The notes: a model not told the origin generated them from the sequence alone. A stretch of 64,000 nucleotides of DNA from an uncultured Acidobacteriota bacterium (GCA_963804995.1 CAWDSK010000005.1:256001-320000), one strand, 5' to 3'; shown: positions 20,681-34,411, counted from the stretch's first letter. Program-made: numbers and translations.

Positions 20681-21457
20681 CTCCCCGCCTCAGATGAGGA
20701 GGGGTGGCGCGCCGAGCCCCGATTGCGCGTTCTTTCCAAATTGATGATCGGGGCCGAGCGCCGGGGTCGTGCTGAAAAGATTATGGGGTGGTGCTGATTG
20801 TGGCGGCAAGTCGCTTGTCACGGGCCACTCACTTTGCCTCATCCTCGGCGTCGATCCTACCGATAACCGATACGGGGAAGTGTGTCACGGCGGGGGAGGA
20901 GAAATTCGGGGTTCGGGACACGGGATTTGGGGGTGGGGGCGGACAGCAAATGTAGCGGCGGGTTTACCCCGCCATGTGGCGGCGTGATGCCGCCTCGAAA
21001 ATGGCGAGGTAAACTCGCCGCTACACCATCAAACTCAGACACTACCGGCAGATGGAATACCCCCCGTCGCCCCGGGTGCCCGAGTAACCACCCCGTCTCC
21101 TGCGGAGCCACCCCTCCTGAATCAGGAGGGGAGTTGTTTCGGAACTCCCCGCCTCAGATGAGGAGGGGTGGCGCGCCGACCCCGATAGCGCGTTCTCTCC
21201 AAATTGATCATCGGGGCCGAGCGCCGGGGTGGTGCTGATTGTGGCGGCGAGCCACTTGTCACGGGCCACTCACTTTGCCTCATCCTCGGCGTCGATCCTA
21301 CCGATAACCGATACGGGGAAGTGTGTCACGGCGGGGGAGGAGAAATTCGAGGTTCGGGACTCGGGATTGGGGGGGCAGCAAACGTAGCGGCGGGTTTACC
21401 CCGCCATGTGGCGGCGTAATGCCGCCTCGAAAATGGCGAGGCAAACTCGCCGCTACA
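20681..21457. repeat. Tandem duplication of a ~310-350-bp composite of REP-like modules
   Basis: 20681-21025 is nearly identical to 21145-21457; the modules recur at ~22978-23070 and, inverted, at ~33680-33860. Confidence 0.85.
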
Positions 21458-21510
21458 TCATCATCTCTAGTCGCGACCCGGAGCCCTGCTTTTCGGTTAC
21501 AATCCCCCGC

Positions 21511-21945
21511 ATGCTCATTCGCTTTTGCCTTTATGGGCTCCTGGGATGGTGTTTCGAGGTGGTGTGGAGCGCCGTTACGGAAAAAGCCTGGGGAAGGCAG
21601 CGCGGCTGGCGCCTGGTGGGCCATACCTATCTCTGGATGTTCCCGATTTATGGCCTGCTGGCTCCTTTGGGTGAACCCCTTCACAACCTTCTGCGTACCT
21701 ACTTCTGGCTGTGGCGCGGCCTTGCGTATCTAGCCGGAATCTGGACTGTGGAGTTCGTTTCGGGATGGTTGATCAAGAAGCTAACGGGCGCCTGCCCCTG
21801 GAACTACTCCAACTTTCCGGGGAATTTTCAGGGAATCATTACGCGCGAATATGCTCCGGTGTGGTTCATCTTCGGTCTCATCTTTGAACGCGTGCACGAC
21901 GCGCTGGTGAAACTCACTCCGGCCCTCGAACAGGTCCTAAGATAA
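21511..21945 (+). CDS. Membrane protein (putative ABC transporter permease / TMEM229-like)
   Basis: YGLLGWCFEVVW, GHTYLWMFPIYG, EFVSG, CPWNYS. Confidence 0.7.
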   Translation: MLIRFCLYGLLGWCFEVVWSAVTEKAWGRQRGWRLVGHTYLWMFPIYGLLAPLGEPLHNLLRTYFWLWRGLAYLAGIWTVEFVSGWLIKKLTGACPWNYSNFPGNFQGIITREYAPVWFIFGLIFERVHDALVKLTPALEQVLR

Positions 21946-22117
21946 GTGCACTTGTAGCGCCGACCTTGAGGTTGGCATGCGTCCCGACAGGTCGGGACGC
22001 CGGCACGTGCTTTTGTTGTGCCTTTGTAGCGCCGACCGGAACCTGTCCCGACTTCGTCGGGAGGTCGGCATGCGTCCCGACAGGTCGGGACGCTACTTCC
22101 AGCGACTCCCGCGATTC

Positions 22118-22807
22118 TCAATAGGCGCTTCTGTACACGTACACGCCGCCCATGCGGACTCGCACCAGGATGTCCTGGTCGCCCCCGGAATTCCAGAACA
22201 CAATCTTCTGTCCAAAGCCCGCGCTGTCTTCTCCGTGCAAATCGCTTTGCACATAACCCAAAACCGACCGGGCGTTCAGCGAGCGCAGGCGATAGATCGA
22301 GGGCACCGTGATCTCAACATCACCGTAATTGACGCGGATTTCCTGCTTGCCCACCAGACCGTTCACACGCACGTCGCCGTCCACGCATTTCAAAACCAGG
22401 TTGGCATCGAACGGCATGCGGATGCGGAAATTGACGGAGAGCTTTGACTCGCCACGAAACGGCCGCCACAAACGGCGCGGCGGATACAACGTGCGCAGCA
22501 GCACCTGCTTGTCCTTCCCCTCCAGCACCACCTGCACCAGGTCGTAGAGTAGCTGGGCCCTGGGCTCGTTCTTCGCCTCCACAACTTTCTCGGCTTCGAT
22601 CTCCAACCGCGGCTCGTCCCAACCTTCCACCTGGAGGTTGCCCATGCGGGTGTCAACCGTGAGCGTGCCAAAGGAAAACATTCGGACAGAGTAACGAAGG
22701 GTCTTGCTGAACTCGTCGGCGCGCAATGAGAGCGGCGCGAGAGATAGCAACGCACCAAGCATGCAGAGGCAGGCGAAGGGGATTCGAAATTTCGCCGGGG
22801 CCTTCAC
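22118..22807 (-). CDS. Secreted hypothetical protein (DUF4097/adhesin-like beta repeats)
   Basis: Signal peptide ending LRA-DE; repeated GNLQV/GDVRV/GDVEI motifs. Confidence 0.6.
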   Translation of the reverse strand: MKAPAKFRIPFACLCMLGALLSLAPLSLRADEFSKTLRYSVRMFSFGTLTVDTRMGNLQVEGWDEPRLEIEAEKVVEAKNEPRAQLLYDLVQVVLEGKDKQVLLRTLYPPRRLWRPFRGESKLSVNFRIRMPFDANLVLKCVDGDVRVNGLVGKQEIRVNYGDVEITVPSIYRLRSLNARSVLGYVQSDLHGEDSAGFGQKIVFWNSGGDQDILVRVRMGGVYVYRSAY

Positions 22808-23252
22808 GCCAAGATGTTACGTCCGGGAAAGAGAAAGAGCAAGCGTAGCGCGGACCTGTTGGGCGGCGCGGACCTATTCGGTAGGTCCGCGGATTGTCAC
22901 TGCCTAGGCTTGTCCAAATTGCGCTCAAATGAGCGGGCAGCAACTTGCGGCTCTGCCGCTTGCTGTTATTAAAATGCTCCCCTCCTCAGATGAGGGGGGG
23001 GTGGCGCGCTGAGCCCCGATAGCGCGTTCTTTCCAAATTGATGATCGGGGCCGAGCGCCGGGGTGGTACTGAATAGTGATCAAGGGGTGGTGCCAAGCCG
23101 CCGGTCAGAGACCGCTGCTAAAACACACTTATACATTAACCAACCCTGCAACAGGAATTCGAATCACTCCGGAATCGTTCGTCTGTTCCCATAACTAATA
23201 TAGAATGAGACATTTATACGATAAACTAGACTGTAAACTGGGCGTATCCTCC

Positions 23253-23281
23253 TTGACACTCCAGAACCCACGTGTTACATT
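23253..23281 (+). promoter_or_regulatory. Sigma70-type promoter of the atp operon
   Basis: TTGACA-N17-TACATT with extended TG, ~50 nt upstream of the first gene. Confidence 0.7.
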
Positions 23282-23332
23282 GCGGGGCTTTGCGCGGTAG
23301 TCAATGCACACCTTTGAGGCCTAGCCTTCCCG

Positions 23333-23800
23333 ATGGGTGACACTTTTCGCCAGCTTGGACATCTCTTCCTTCAGACCGTACCCACGGTTGTCTTCGTTTT
23401 TCTTCTCTTTGTAATTCTCAACCGAATCTTTTTTCGTCCGCTGACGGCGGTCTTGAAGAAACGTGAAGAATTGACCGTGGGGGCGCTGGCTCGGGCTCGC
23501 GAACAAACGGCGGCAGTCGAGTCGAAAACGCGCGAGTACGAGGAAGCCTTCCAGGCGGCGCGCCAAGAGGTCTACCGCCAGCGCGAGGCGGATCGACGAA
23601 CCCACCTGACGGAGCGCGATGCGGCCTTGCTGCGGGCCCGCGAACAGGCGGAGGCGCTGATCCGCGAGGCGCAGGCCAAACTGGCGGAAGAAGTGGCGCG
23701 TACCAAGAGTGAACTGCAGATTGCTTGCCGCCCGCTGGCGGAAGAAATCTCCCAAAGCCTGGTGGGAAACGGTGGGGACGGAGGGTCGTTGCCCCGATGA
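23333..23800 (+). CDS. atpF2: ATP synthase F0 subunit b'
   Basis: N-terminal TM then FFRPL...KKRE coiled coil; first gene of the atp cluster. Confidence 0.85.
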   Translation: MGDTFRQLGHLFLQTVPTVVFVFLLFVILNRIFFRPLTAVLKKREELTVGALARAREQTAAVESKTREYEEAFQAARQEVYRQREADRRTHLTERDAALLRAREQAEALIREAQAKLAEEVARTKSELQIACRPLAEEISQSLVGNGGDGGSLPR

Positions 23801-23838
23801 TCAATTTGGAAAAAACCCGCTATCGGGGCTCAAGTCTG

Positions 23839-24453
23839 ATGCGAGCGCTGCGCCAACTGACTGCGGTTGCCGTACTGGGGATTTGCCTGGCGGGAATTGC
23901 GTCGCCCTCCCTGGTGGTGTCGCGAGGGTTCGGCTGGGCAGGCGCCCCGGAAGAATCAAAGGAAGAGCCGGCCCGCGAGCTTCTCTATAAGGTGATCAAC
24001 TTTGCGATTCTGGTGGGGGGACTGGGGTACGTCCTGCGCAAGCCGTTAAGTGATTTCCTGAGCACGCGCTCGGATTCTATTCACAAGGGTCTTGAAGAAG
24101 GGCGCAAGGCGCTGGAAGCTTCCGGAACCCAACTCCAGGCCGTGGAAGAAAAGGTGCGGCACTTGGAAGAGGAAATCGCCGCCTTCAAGGCCTCCGCGGC
24201 GCGCGAGATGGAAGCGGAGCGGAAGCGCCTGCAACAGACCACGGCGGAAGAGGCGGCACGGATTCTGGACTCCGCGCGCGCCCAGATGGATACTGCCCTG
24301 CGCGGAGCCAAGCTGGAACTAAGGACCTTCGCGGCGCTCGAGGCCGTTACCCTGGCGGAAGGACTGATCCGCGAACGCCTGGATGAGCCCGGGCAGAAGC
24401 GCCTGGTGAGCCGGTTCACGGCGACCCTCCAGGCGAAAGGACGGAATAACTAG
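23839..24453 (+). CDS. atpF: ATP synthase F0 subunit b
   Basis: KVINFAILVGGLGYVLRKPL then coiled coil; alternative start at 23797. Confidence 0.88.
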   Translation: MRALRQLTAVAVLGICLAGIASPSLVVSRGFGWAGAPEESKEEPARELLYKVINFAILVGGLGYVLRKPLSDFLSTRSDSIHKGLEEGRKALEASGTQLQAVEEKVRHLEEEIAAFKASAAREMEAERKRLQQTTAEEAARILDSARAQMDTALRGAKLELRTFAALEAVTLAEGLIRERLDEPGQKRLVSRFTATLQAKGRNN

Positions 24454-24992
24454 TGCCCACCGCTGTCGCCAATCGATACGCGCGCGCCCTGGCCGATGTC
24501 GTGGCGGCCACGGGCGATTACCGCCAGGTGCTCGCGGAGCTGGAAGATTTCAGCGTGGTTTATGGCGAGAGCCCGGAGCTGCGCGAGATGTGCGAAACAC
24601 CGGCCGTGGCGCTGCCGCGCAAGCTGGGGGTGATGGAAACCATTGTGCGGCGCATGGGCAGTTCGCAGGTGACGCTGAATTTTCTGCGCGTGCTGCTCAG
24701 TCACTACCGCATGCGGCTGCTGGCGGAAGTCATCCAGTCGTTTCGCAACGTCTGTTATGCACGACTGGGTATTGTGCAGGTGAAGATTACTTCCGCCGCC
24801 GAACTCTCGAGCGTGGAACGGGAACTCCTGCGGGCGCGGTTCAACGAGCTGACGCGGCAGCAATCCGAACTGGATTTCCAACTTGACCGCAACCTGATTG
24901 GCGGCCTGGTGGCGCAGATTGGCAGCACTGTCTACGACGGCTCCGTCCGCGGCAACCTGGACCGCATCCGGGAACAATTGATGGCGCAGTAA
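24453..24992 (+). CDS. atpH: ATP synthase F1 delta subunit
   Basis: VANRYARAL, NFLRVL, LIGGLVAQIGSTVYDGSVRGNL. Confidence 0.95.
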   Translation: MPTAVANRYARALADVVAATGDYRQVLAELEDFSVVYGESPELREMCETPAVALPRKLGVMETIVRRMGSSQVTLNFLRVLLSHYRMRLLAEVIQSFRNVCYARLGIVQVKITSAAELSSVERELLRARFNELTRQQSELDFQLDRNLIGGLVAQIGSTVYDGSVRGNLDRIREQLMAQ

Positions 24993-24996
24993 AGAA

Positions 24997-25149
24997 GCTG
25001 TCAGCTATCAGCTATCAGCTGTCAGCCGGCCCACTAGCAGGAAGACGTTAATGGGTTGCCGAAAGCTCAGAAGGGAATTGGTCAGCACTTAGCCATCAGC
25101 CCTCAGCTTACTGAGTAGCTGAGAGCTGACGGCTGAGAGCTGACAGCCA
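24997..25149. repeat. Heptamer tandem-repeat hairpin, (AGCTRTC)n...(GCTGANA)n, between atpH and atpA
   Basis: agctgtc agctatc agctatc agctgtc agc ... gctgaga gctgacg gctgaga gctgaca gc. Confidence 0.85.
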
Positions 25150-25157
25150 GGACCGAT

Positions 25158-26720
<1,563 letters not shown>

Positions 26721-26749
26721 GTAACCGGACCCGGTCAATCAAATAGATT

Positions 26750-27603
26750 ATGGCAGCCCTTCTCGACATTCGACGCCGCATCCGCTCGGTAAAGAGCACG
26801 CAGCAAATTACCCGGGCAATGAAAATGGTGGCGGCGGCGCGCCTGCGGCGTGCCCAGGACCGCATCTTCAACGCGCGGCCCTATGCCAATCAGATGATGA
26901 CGCTGCTCTCGACGTTGTGGCGCGCATCACCGACCGGTCGCATCCGCTGCTTGTCGAGCGGCCCATCCAACGCCAACTTCTGGTGCTGGTCACCGCTGAC
27001 CGGGGCTTGTGCGGGGGGTTCAACACCAACCTGATTCGCGCCGCCCAGAGTTATGTGGATGAACACCGCGATCGTGACGTTTCCATCGTCATGGTGGGCC
27101 GCAAAGGCCGGGACTACTTCATCCGGCGGCCGGTGAAGGTGATTGGCGAGCACATCAACATTTTTGGCCGTCTGGAATTCAGCCAGGCCCAGCCGATTGC
27201 CCAGCGCATCATCGAGCTATACACACAAGAGAAAGTGGACGCGGTGGATTTCATCTACAACGAGTTCAAGTCCATCATGACCCAGCGCGTGATGGTGGAG
27301 CGCTATCTTCCCATCAAGCCCATTGCACCGGCGGCCGGAGAATCGCTGATCGATTACATCTACGAACAGCCGGCGCAGGAGATCTTCAACGCCCTGTTGC
27401 CGCGCTATGTGGAGATTGAAGTTTACCGGGCGCTGTTGGAATCGCAGGCGGCGGAACTGGCGGCACGCATGACGGCCATGGATGCGGCCACAAACAATGC
27501 TGCGGATATGATTGAATCGCTCACGCTCTACATGAACCGGGTCCGGCAAGCGGCCATCACGCGCGAGATCATCGAAGTGGTGAGCGGGGCAGCGGCAACG
27601 TAG
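26750..27603 (+). CDS. atpG: ATP synthase F1 gamma subunit (apparent 1-nt deletion at ~26916)
   Basis: [24 protein letters not shown] in one frame; [10 protein letters not shown]...[12 protein letters not shown]...[11 protein letters not shown] in the next; adding one G (TTG GTG GCG) joins them. Confidence 0.95.
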
Positions 27604-27719
27604 AAAAGCAGGAGTTAGAAGCTAGGAGTTAGAAGTTGGGAGTTGGAACGTAGAAGGCAGGAAACGGACGTTTTTCTAACTTCTGGCTTCTAACTCCTAA
27701 CTTCTACTCCTGACTTCTC
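27603..27719. repeat. Heptamer hairpin, (GRAGTTA)n...(CTAACTY)n, between atpG and atpD
   Basis: ggagtta gaagcta ggagtta gaagttg ... ctaactt ctggctt ctaactc ctaactt. Confidence 0.85.
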
Positions 27720-27724
27720 GGTGA

Positions 27725-29185
<1,461 letters not shown>

Positions 29186-29187
29186 GA

Positions 29188-29290
29188 ATCGGATCATCGG
29201 TTCATCGGGCCATCGGGAGATTGAAAGACCAACCCTGCGAAGTTGCTCTTGATGGACCGATGAGCCGATGGCCAGATGGACCGATTGAAC
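29188..29290. repeat. Octamer hairpin, (ATCGGNNC)n...(GATGRNCC)n, between atpD and atpC
   Basis: atcggatc atcggttc atcgggcc atcgg ... gatggacc gatgagcc gatggcca gatggacc gat. Confidence 0.85.
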
Positions 29291-29296
29291 AGATCT

Positions 29297-29725
29297 ATGG
29301 CAGAAATTACTCTTCCCACAGAGATTCATCTCAACATCGTGACGCCGGACCGGCTGGTGGCGCGCAACGCGGTAACCGCCGTGACCATCCCCGGGAAGAA
29401 CGGTTACCTGGGGATTTTGCCCGGACACGCGCCGCTGCTGACCGAACTCGCCTGCGGTGAGCTTGTCTATACGCGCGAAGGCGTCAAACACACCCTGGCG
29501 GTCAACTGGGGATTCGCGGAAGTGTTGGGGGATCGCGTCATCGTGCTGGCGCAGTCGGCCGAGCGGGCAGAGGAAATCGACGTGGAGCGCGCCGAGAAAG
29601 CCAAGACCCGCGCCGAGGAGCGCCTGAAGCGATTCGACGATCCGGAAGTGGATATGGAACGCGCGCGCGTAGCCCTGAGCCGCGCCATGGCGCGGCTTGA
29701 AACCGCCCGGAGCCTCAACAAGTAA
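29297..29725 (+). CDS. atpC: ATP synthase F1 epsilon subunit
   Basis: LNIVTPDR, GYLGILPGHAPLLTEL, GFAEV, IDVERAEKAK. Confidence 0.97.
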   Translation: MAEITLPTEIHLNIVTPDRLVARNAVTAVTIPGKNGYLGILPGHAPLLTELACGELVYTREGVKHTLAVNWGFAEVLGDRVIVLAQSAERAEEIDVERAEKAKTRAEERLKRFDDPEVDMERARVALSRAMARLETARSLNK

Positions 29726-29835
29726 CGTTGCCACAACTCCTGCTGCAGGACCGCCCTTCCGCGCAACTTCCGATTCAAAGGATCCTCCTGCAATCGGTTC
29801 ATTACCGGGGGCGCCTCCCCGCCTGTTGAGGCAAC

Positions 29836-30354
29836 ATGGGAAAAGGAATCATCGAGATTACGCAAGGCGACATCACGGTGCAGCGCGTGGACGCGATCGT
29901 GAACGCTGCCAACACCTCGCTGCTGGGTGGCGGAGGTGTGGACGGCGCGATCCATCGCGCCGCGGGGCCGGAGCTCGTGGCGGAATGCCGCACGCTGGGT
30001 GGCTGCCCGACGGGCGAGGCCAAGATCACTCGCGGCTATCGGTTGCCTGCCCGGTGGGTCATTCACACGGTAGGGCCCGTGTGGCGAGATGGCAAACGCC
30101 GCGAGGATGAGCTGCTGGCGAGTTGCTATCGGCGATCTCTTGAGTTGGCCGTGCAAAACGGCGTCCGCACCATTGCCTTTCCTGCCATCAGCACCGGCAT
30201 CTATGGGTTTCCCCTGGAGCGCGCCACGCGCATTGCCGCGAGGGAAGTGTGCGATTTCCTCGAAAAGAACCCGGCCATTGAGAAGGTAGTGTTCGTCTGC
30301 TTCGATCGGCACACTTACGACGTCTACACGCGGGAGCTGCAGGTAGGAACGTAG
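29836..30354 (+). CDS. ymdB: Macro domain protein (O-acetyl-ADP-ribose deacetylase)
   Basis: [47 protein letters not shown]. Confidence 0.92.
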   Translation: MGKGIIEITQGDITVQRVDAIVNAANTSLLGGGGVDGAIHRAAGPELVAECRTLGGCPTGEAKITRGYRLPARWVIHTVGPVWRDGKRREDELLASCYRRSLELAVQNGVRTIAFPAISTGIYGFPLERATRIAAREVCDFLEKNPAIEKVVFVCFDRHTYDVYTRELQVGT

Positions 30355-30603
30355 GGGCGGCTCCCTGTCCGAGAGTGAAACCAACGGATCGTGATGGTGA
30401 TTATCACCCGTAGCGCCCCGATACATCGGGGCGGCTCTTCCTATGCCAATTGAGCAAATGTATTGTGTCGAAGCGGCCGCCCGTACGGGGGGAGTGCGGG
30501 TGTTTCGAACGAAGAACCGCGGACCCCAAAAACGGGGGACCGCGCTACGAAGCATGGCTGCTGCGCTGGCTCGACCCCGCACCAGGCCGAGCGCCGCTCG
30601 GCC

Positions 30604-31770
30604 CTACTTGCCTAGCACAATCTTCGCGATGGTCTGAAGCTGCATGAACGACGTGCCCTCGTATATCTTCCCAATCTTTGAGTCGCGCAGATACTTTTCC
30701 GCCGGGTAATCGCGTGTAAAACCGTAACCGCCGTAAACCTCCAAGCATTCGGAGGCGACGCGTTCCGCCACTTGCGAGCAGAAGTATTTGGCCATGGCGG
30801 CTTCCTTGAGAAAGGGCAGGCCGGTGTCCTTGAGGCGCGCGGCGTTGTAGGTGAGCAGGCGTGCCGCCTCAACGTCCGTGGCCAAACGCGCCAACTGGAA
30901 TTGGATCGCCTGAAACTCCGCGATGGGCTTGCCGAACTGTTGGCGTTCCTGCGCATAGGCAACGGCGTGTTCAAGCGCCCCTCGCGCCACACCCACCATC
31001 TGCGCGGCGATGCCGATGCGGCCTTCGTTCAGAGTTTCAATCGCGACCTTGTAGCCCTTGCCGACTTCGCCCAGCACGTTCGCTTTGGGTACGCGGCAGT
31101 CTTCGAGAATCAACTCGCAAGTTGAGGAGGCGCGGATGCCGAGCTTGTCCTCTTTCTTTCCGATTGTGAAGCCCGGGGTGTCGCGTTCCATCAGGAAAGC
31201 CGTGATGCCGCGATAGCCCACCTCAGGATTGACATTCGCGAACACGATAAACAGGCCCGCTTCCTTGGCATTGGTGATCCAAAGCTTCCGGCCGTTCAGG
31301 GTGAAGTGGTCACCGTCTTCGCGCGCGCGCGTTGAGAGGGCAAAGGCGTCACTGCCGGCGTTGGGCTCAGAAAGCGCATAGGCACCCAGGGTGTCGCGCA
31401 CCAGCCGGGGCAGAAACTTCTGGCGCTGCGCCTCGCTTCCCCAATTTTCGAGCGCGTTGTTCACCAGGGTGTTCTGAACGTCGATCACCACGCCCGCCGA
31501 GGCGTCCACACGCGAGAACTCCTCGATCGCAAGTATCGCCAGGAAAAACGTGGCGCCGCTGCCGCCGTAGGCTTCCGGAGCGCCAATTCCCATGAAGCCT
31601 TGCGCAAAGAACTGGTCAAGCAGCGCGGCGTTGAAGACGCCCTCGCGGTCCATCTCCGCGACGTGGGGGAGGATCTCGTTCGCAGCGAATTCGCGAGCCA
31701 TGGCCTGGAACATGCGCTCTTCTTCCGTTAAGACGGTGAGTGGCGCACTCATGGGATTGTCTTCAGCCAT
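30604..31770 (-). CDS. Acyl-CoA dehydrogenase (short/branched-chain type)
   Basis: YALSEPNAGSDA, NGRKLWITN, KEDKLGIRASST, RQQFGKPI, GGYGF, KIYEGTS. Confidence 0.95.
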   Translation of the reverse strand: MAEDNPMSAPLTVLTEEERMFQAMAREFAANEILPHVAEMDREGVFNAALLDQFFAQGFMGIGAPEAYGGSGATFFLAILAIEEFSRVDASAGVVIDVQNTLVNNALENWGSEAQRQKFLPRLVRDTLGAYALSEPNAGSDAFALSTRAREDGDHFTLNGRKLWITNAKEAGLFIVFANVNPEVGYRGITAFLMERDTPGFTIGKKEDKLGIRASSTCELILEDCRVPKANVLGEVGKGYKVAIETLNEGRIGIAAQMVGVARGALEHAVAYAQERQQFGKPIAEFQAIQFQLARLATDVEAARLLTYNAARLKDTGLPFLKEAAMAKYFCSQVAERVASECLEVYGGYGFTRDYPAEKYLRDSKIGKIYEGTSFMQLQTIAKIVLGK

Positions 31771-31840
31771 CGGAACCTCATTCGTGCACGTTTCAACCGG
31801 GGCGGTTCCCGATCAAATCGGGACGGGTCTCGAACCACCC

Positions 31841-32425
31841 CTACTTCAAATCCGCAGCCGATTCTTCCCCCCCGCGTTGCTCGTAGCGCTGGCGGACCGT
31901 AAGGACGTAATGAACTCCGGAAGTGAGGGTGAGCGTGGCAGCGAGGTAAATGAAAATCGAAACCACTTCCCGGGTGATGTGGGGAACGTGCGCCTGGTAA
32001 CTGACTGCCGCGAAGATGGTCGCCACCTGCGCGGCGGTGGAGGCTTTCCCGAGCAAGGTAGGATAGAAGGGACGGTACCCGGCCACCAGGCTGATCAGCA
32101 GCGTGGTCATGATGATGCCGATGTCGCGGGAGAGCACCAGGATGGTGAGCCACCAGGGCAAAGCGCCTTGGAACGCCAGGGTCAGATACGCAGTGGTCAT
32201 CAGAATCTTGTCGGCAATCGGGTCAAGCGCCACGCCCAGCGCGCTTTCCTGCTTTAACAGGCGAGCCAGCGTGCCATCCAGAGCATCGGAGACAGCCGCC
32301 GCCATCAACACTGCCAGCGCCGCACGATAGCTGTGATCGACCACCAGGATGGCAAACACCGGCACAAATGCCAGGCGCAAAAGGGTGATTTGATTCGAGG
32401 CTGTAAGGATCTTAGAGGTCATCAC
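31841..32425 (-). CDS. CDP-alcohol phosphatidyltransferase (PgsA-like)
   Basis: NQITLLR, SDALDGTLAR, GVALDPIADK; putative promoter TTGACA-N18-TATATT at 32464-32435. Confidence 0.9.
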   Translation of the reverse strand: MMTSKILTASNQITLLRLAFVPVFAILVVDHSYRAALAVLMAAAVSDALDGTLARLLKQESALGVALDPIADKILMTTAYLTLAFQGALPWWLTILVLSRDIGIIMTTLLISLVAGYRPFYPTLLGKASTAAQVATIFAAVSYQAHVPHITREVVSIFIYLAATLTLTSGVHYVLTVRQRYEQRGGEESAADLK

Positions 32426-32569
32426 TTTTCAGTTAATATAGCCAGGAAGGTCAAAGACTGTCAATGCGGGGTGGGTCCGGCAGTGGGTCGGTTTGAGGGT
32501 GTAGCGGCGAGTTCACCTCGCCATATGGCGGCGTCCCGATACGATCGGGGCGCCGCCTCTACTTGCGAG

Positions 32570-33553
32570 CTAGGAAATGACGGCCTGCACGTGCTCCACA
32601 TTCTCCGTGATCTGGTCGGTGAATTTCGGGAACATGCCCACGATGACGGCGTCTTGGGGCTTCAGATTATCGAAGGCGTAGGCGAAGCAGTTGCGCACAT
32701 CCTGCTTGGAGTTGCAGCGGCGGCCCGCGCCAAGAATCTTGAATCCCAGGCAGCGGGGCTTGGCCTGGCGCAACACCTTGGTCATGCGGTCGGGGTCGGT
32801 TGCGAGGTAGGTCTCACCCACGGGCGGCATGCCGATTTCCTTCTTGAATTCCTCCTCGGTGCGCGTGATGCGATAAAAGCACCCCATGTAGAAATCGATG
32901 GGCCAGCCCTTGGTTTCAAGCGCCGCAATCACGTCGGGATTGTGCGTGGAGACGCCCGCGGGGAATCCCAGGTCGTGGACTTTGTTAAGGAAGTCACGGA
33001 TGAGGTCAATAGAGCCTGCCACCCAGTGTTTGTCGGTCGCCACGCCGTGGTGCGCGATACCGATGGGTTTCACCTGGGCGGCAACCGAGGCACACTTCAG
33101 GGCGCCCTGGATGAGCGCCTTCGGATCTTTGGGATCGCTCACGTCCCAGGGGTCGGCGAGGCAGAGCCAATGCATCGTGCAGCCGGCGTCGCGAATTTTG
33201 GGAAACTGGCGCTGCGCCTCGACGCGGTAGTTGCTTTGCCAGGTGTTGATGCCCGCTTTCTCGCAGGCGAGCAGGTACTTCACCACTTGCTCGTCGGTAA
33301 AGTATTCACGCATCAGGTTGTCGAGCAGGCCATTAAAGTGCGAATAGCCGTAAAGCGGGTTACCGCCGGAAATCAATCGTGTGACTTGGTGGGAGCCGAG
33401 CGCAACCGTCGGCAAGGTATGCGATGTTTCGGCTGCCACCAGCGGCGTCGCCACCAGCCCAGCCGCTGCGGCCACCGCGCCTTTCATAAAATCGCGGCGC
33501 GAGGCGCTGGCTAAGAGTGGGAAAGAGGAATCAGAATTTGCGTGCTTCGACAT
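32570..33553 (-). CDS. Tat-exported hypothetical protein (aldo/keto-reductase-like TIM barrel)
   Basis: SRRDFMK twin-arginine motif; TRLISGGNP, GVSTHNP, GFKILGAGR. Confidence 0.65.
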   Translation of the reverse strand: MSKHANSDSSFPLLASASRRDFMKGAVAAAAGLVATPLVAAETSHTLPTVALGSHQVTRLISGGNPLYGYSHFNGLLDNLMREYFTDEQVVKYLLACEKAGINTWQSNYRVEAQRQFPKIRDAGCTMHWLCLADPWDVSDPKDPKALIQGALKCASVAAQVKPIGIAHHGVATDKHWVAGSIDLIRDFLNKVHDLGFPAGVSTHNPDVIAALETKGWPIDFYMGCFYRITRTEEEFKKEIGMPPVGETYLATDPDRMTKVLRQAKPRCLGFKILGAGRRCNSKQDVRNCFAYAFDNLKPQDAVIVGMFPKFTDQITENVEHVQAVIS

Positions 33554-34411
33554 CAGGGATCACCAGGGCGAGGGAGTGATCCAGGGGACGAACTACGGAT
33601 ATTCCTTTCTCGAGTGCTTGTCAACTGTCAATGTGTCCGAGGGGAAAATAACGCCGCTCCTCTACTCCCTTGTCAACACCACCCTGGCGCTCGGCCCCGA
33701 TGATCAATTTGGAAATAACGCGCTATCGGGGCTCGGCGCGCTGCTGGTAACCTCCCCGGCGCTCAGAGCGCCACGGAAATCAGGAGGGGAGTTTTGGCCA
33801 AAGAACTCCCCTCCTCAGATTGAGGAGGGGTGGCGCCCCGAGCGCCGGGGTGGTGCTGACAAGGAAATACCGGGGCGGTGCTGACAAAGGATAAGGGGTG
33901 GTGAGAAATCCGGTGTCCCTCAGCCCAAGCCCGGCGCGATAATTTTGCCATGTAGAATTGACAATGTTCTTTGGCGCAGGTAGAACTATAGAGCCCCGGG
34001 AAACCCGAAGGCAGGTTCCGGCGGAGTTGCATTTTGGTCCTGGGTTCTGCAGCGCACACAGTGCTCACCGCTTCAGGGGCGCCCATCCTATCCGGGGGTG
34101 CCACGAGCGTCGTTTGCTTTCATGCCATTCGACCACGCGTCTCCACTCTGGTGGAGGGCGGGGAGCGACGCGCCATACCCCCGGTAGCTTGGGCGCCAGG
34201 ATCCACAGCGTTTTCTTCCCAGTGCCGGAGGCAGCGTTAGGCAGACTTCCACCATCAAGGCTAAGATGGGATTTTTCACCGGGGGTCGCGGGGCGATGTT
34301 ACAGTTATGCTTTACAAGCCGGAATAAATCATTAGTAAGCTTGGATGTATTATTGCAGGCGTACCTTACACGACGAAACAACTGGGTGAGAGCTCGGAGG
34401 GAAAGTCAGAA

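Noticed and set aside
26750..27603. atpG as a true pseudogene or programmed frameshift
   Set aside because: Rest of the operon is intact and there is no slippery motif; a single missing G is best explained as a sequencing error
33960..34410. Riboswitch in the long leader of the Ig-domain lipoprotein
   Set aside because: No recognisable consensus by eye; an Rfam/Infernal search would be needed
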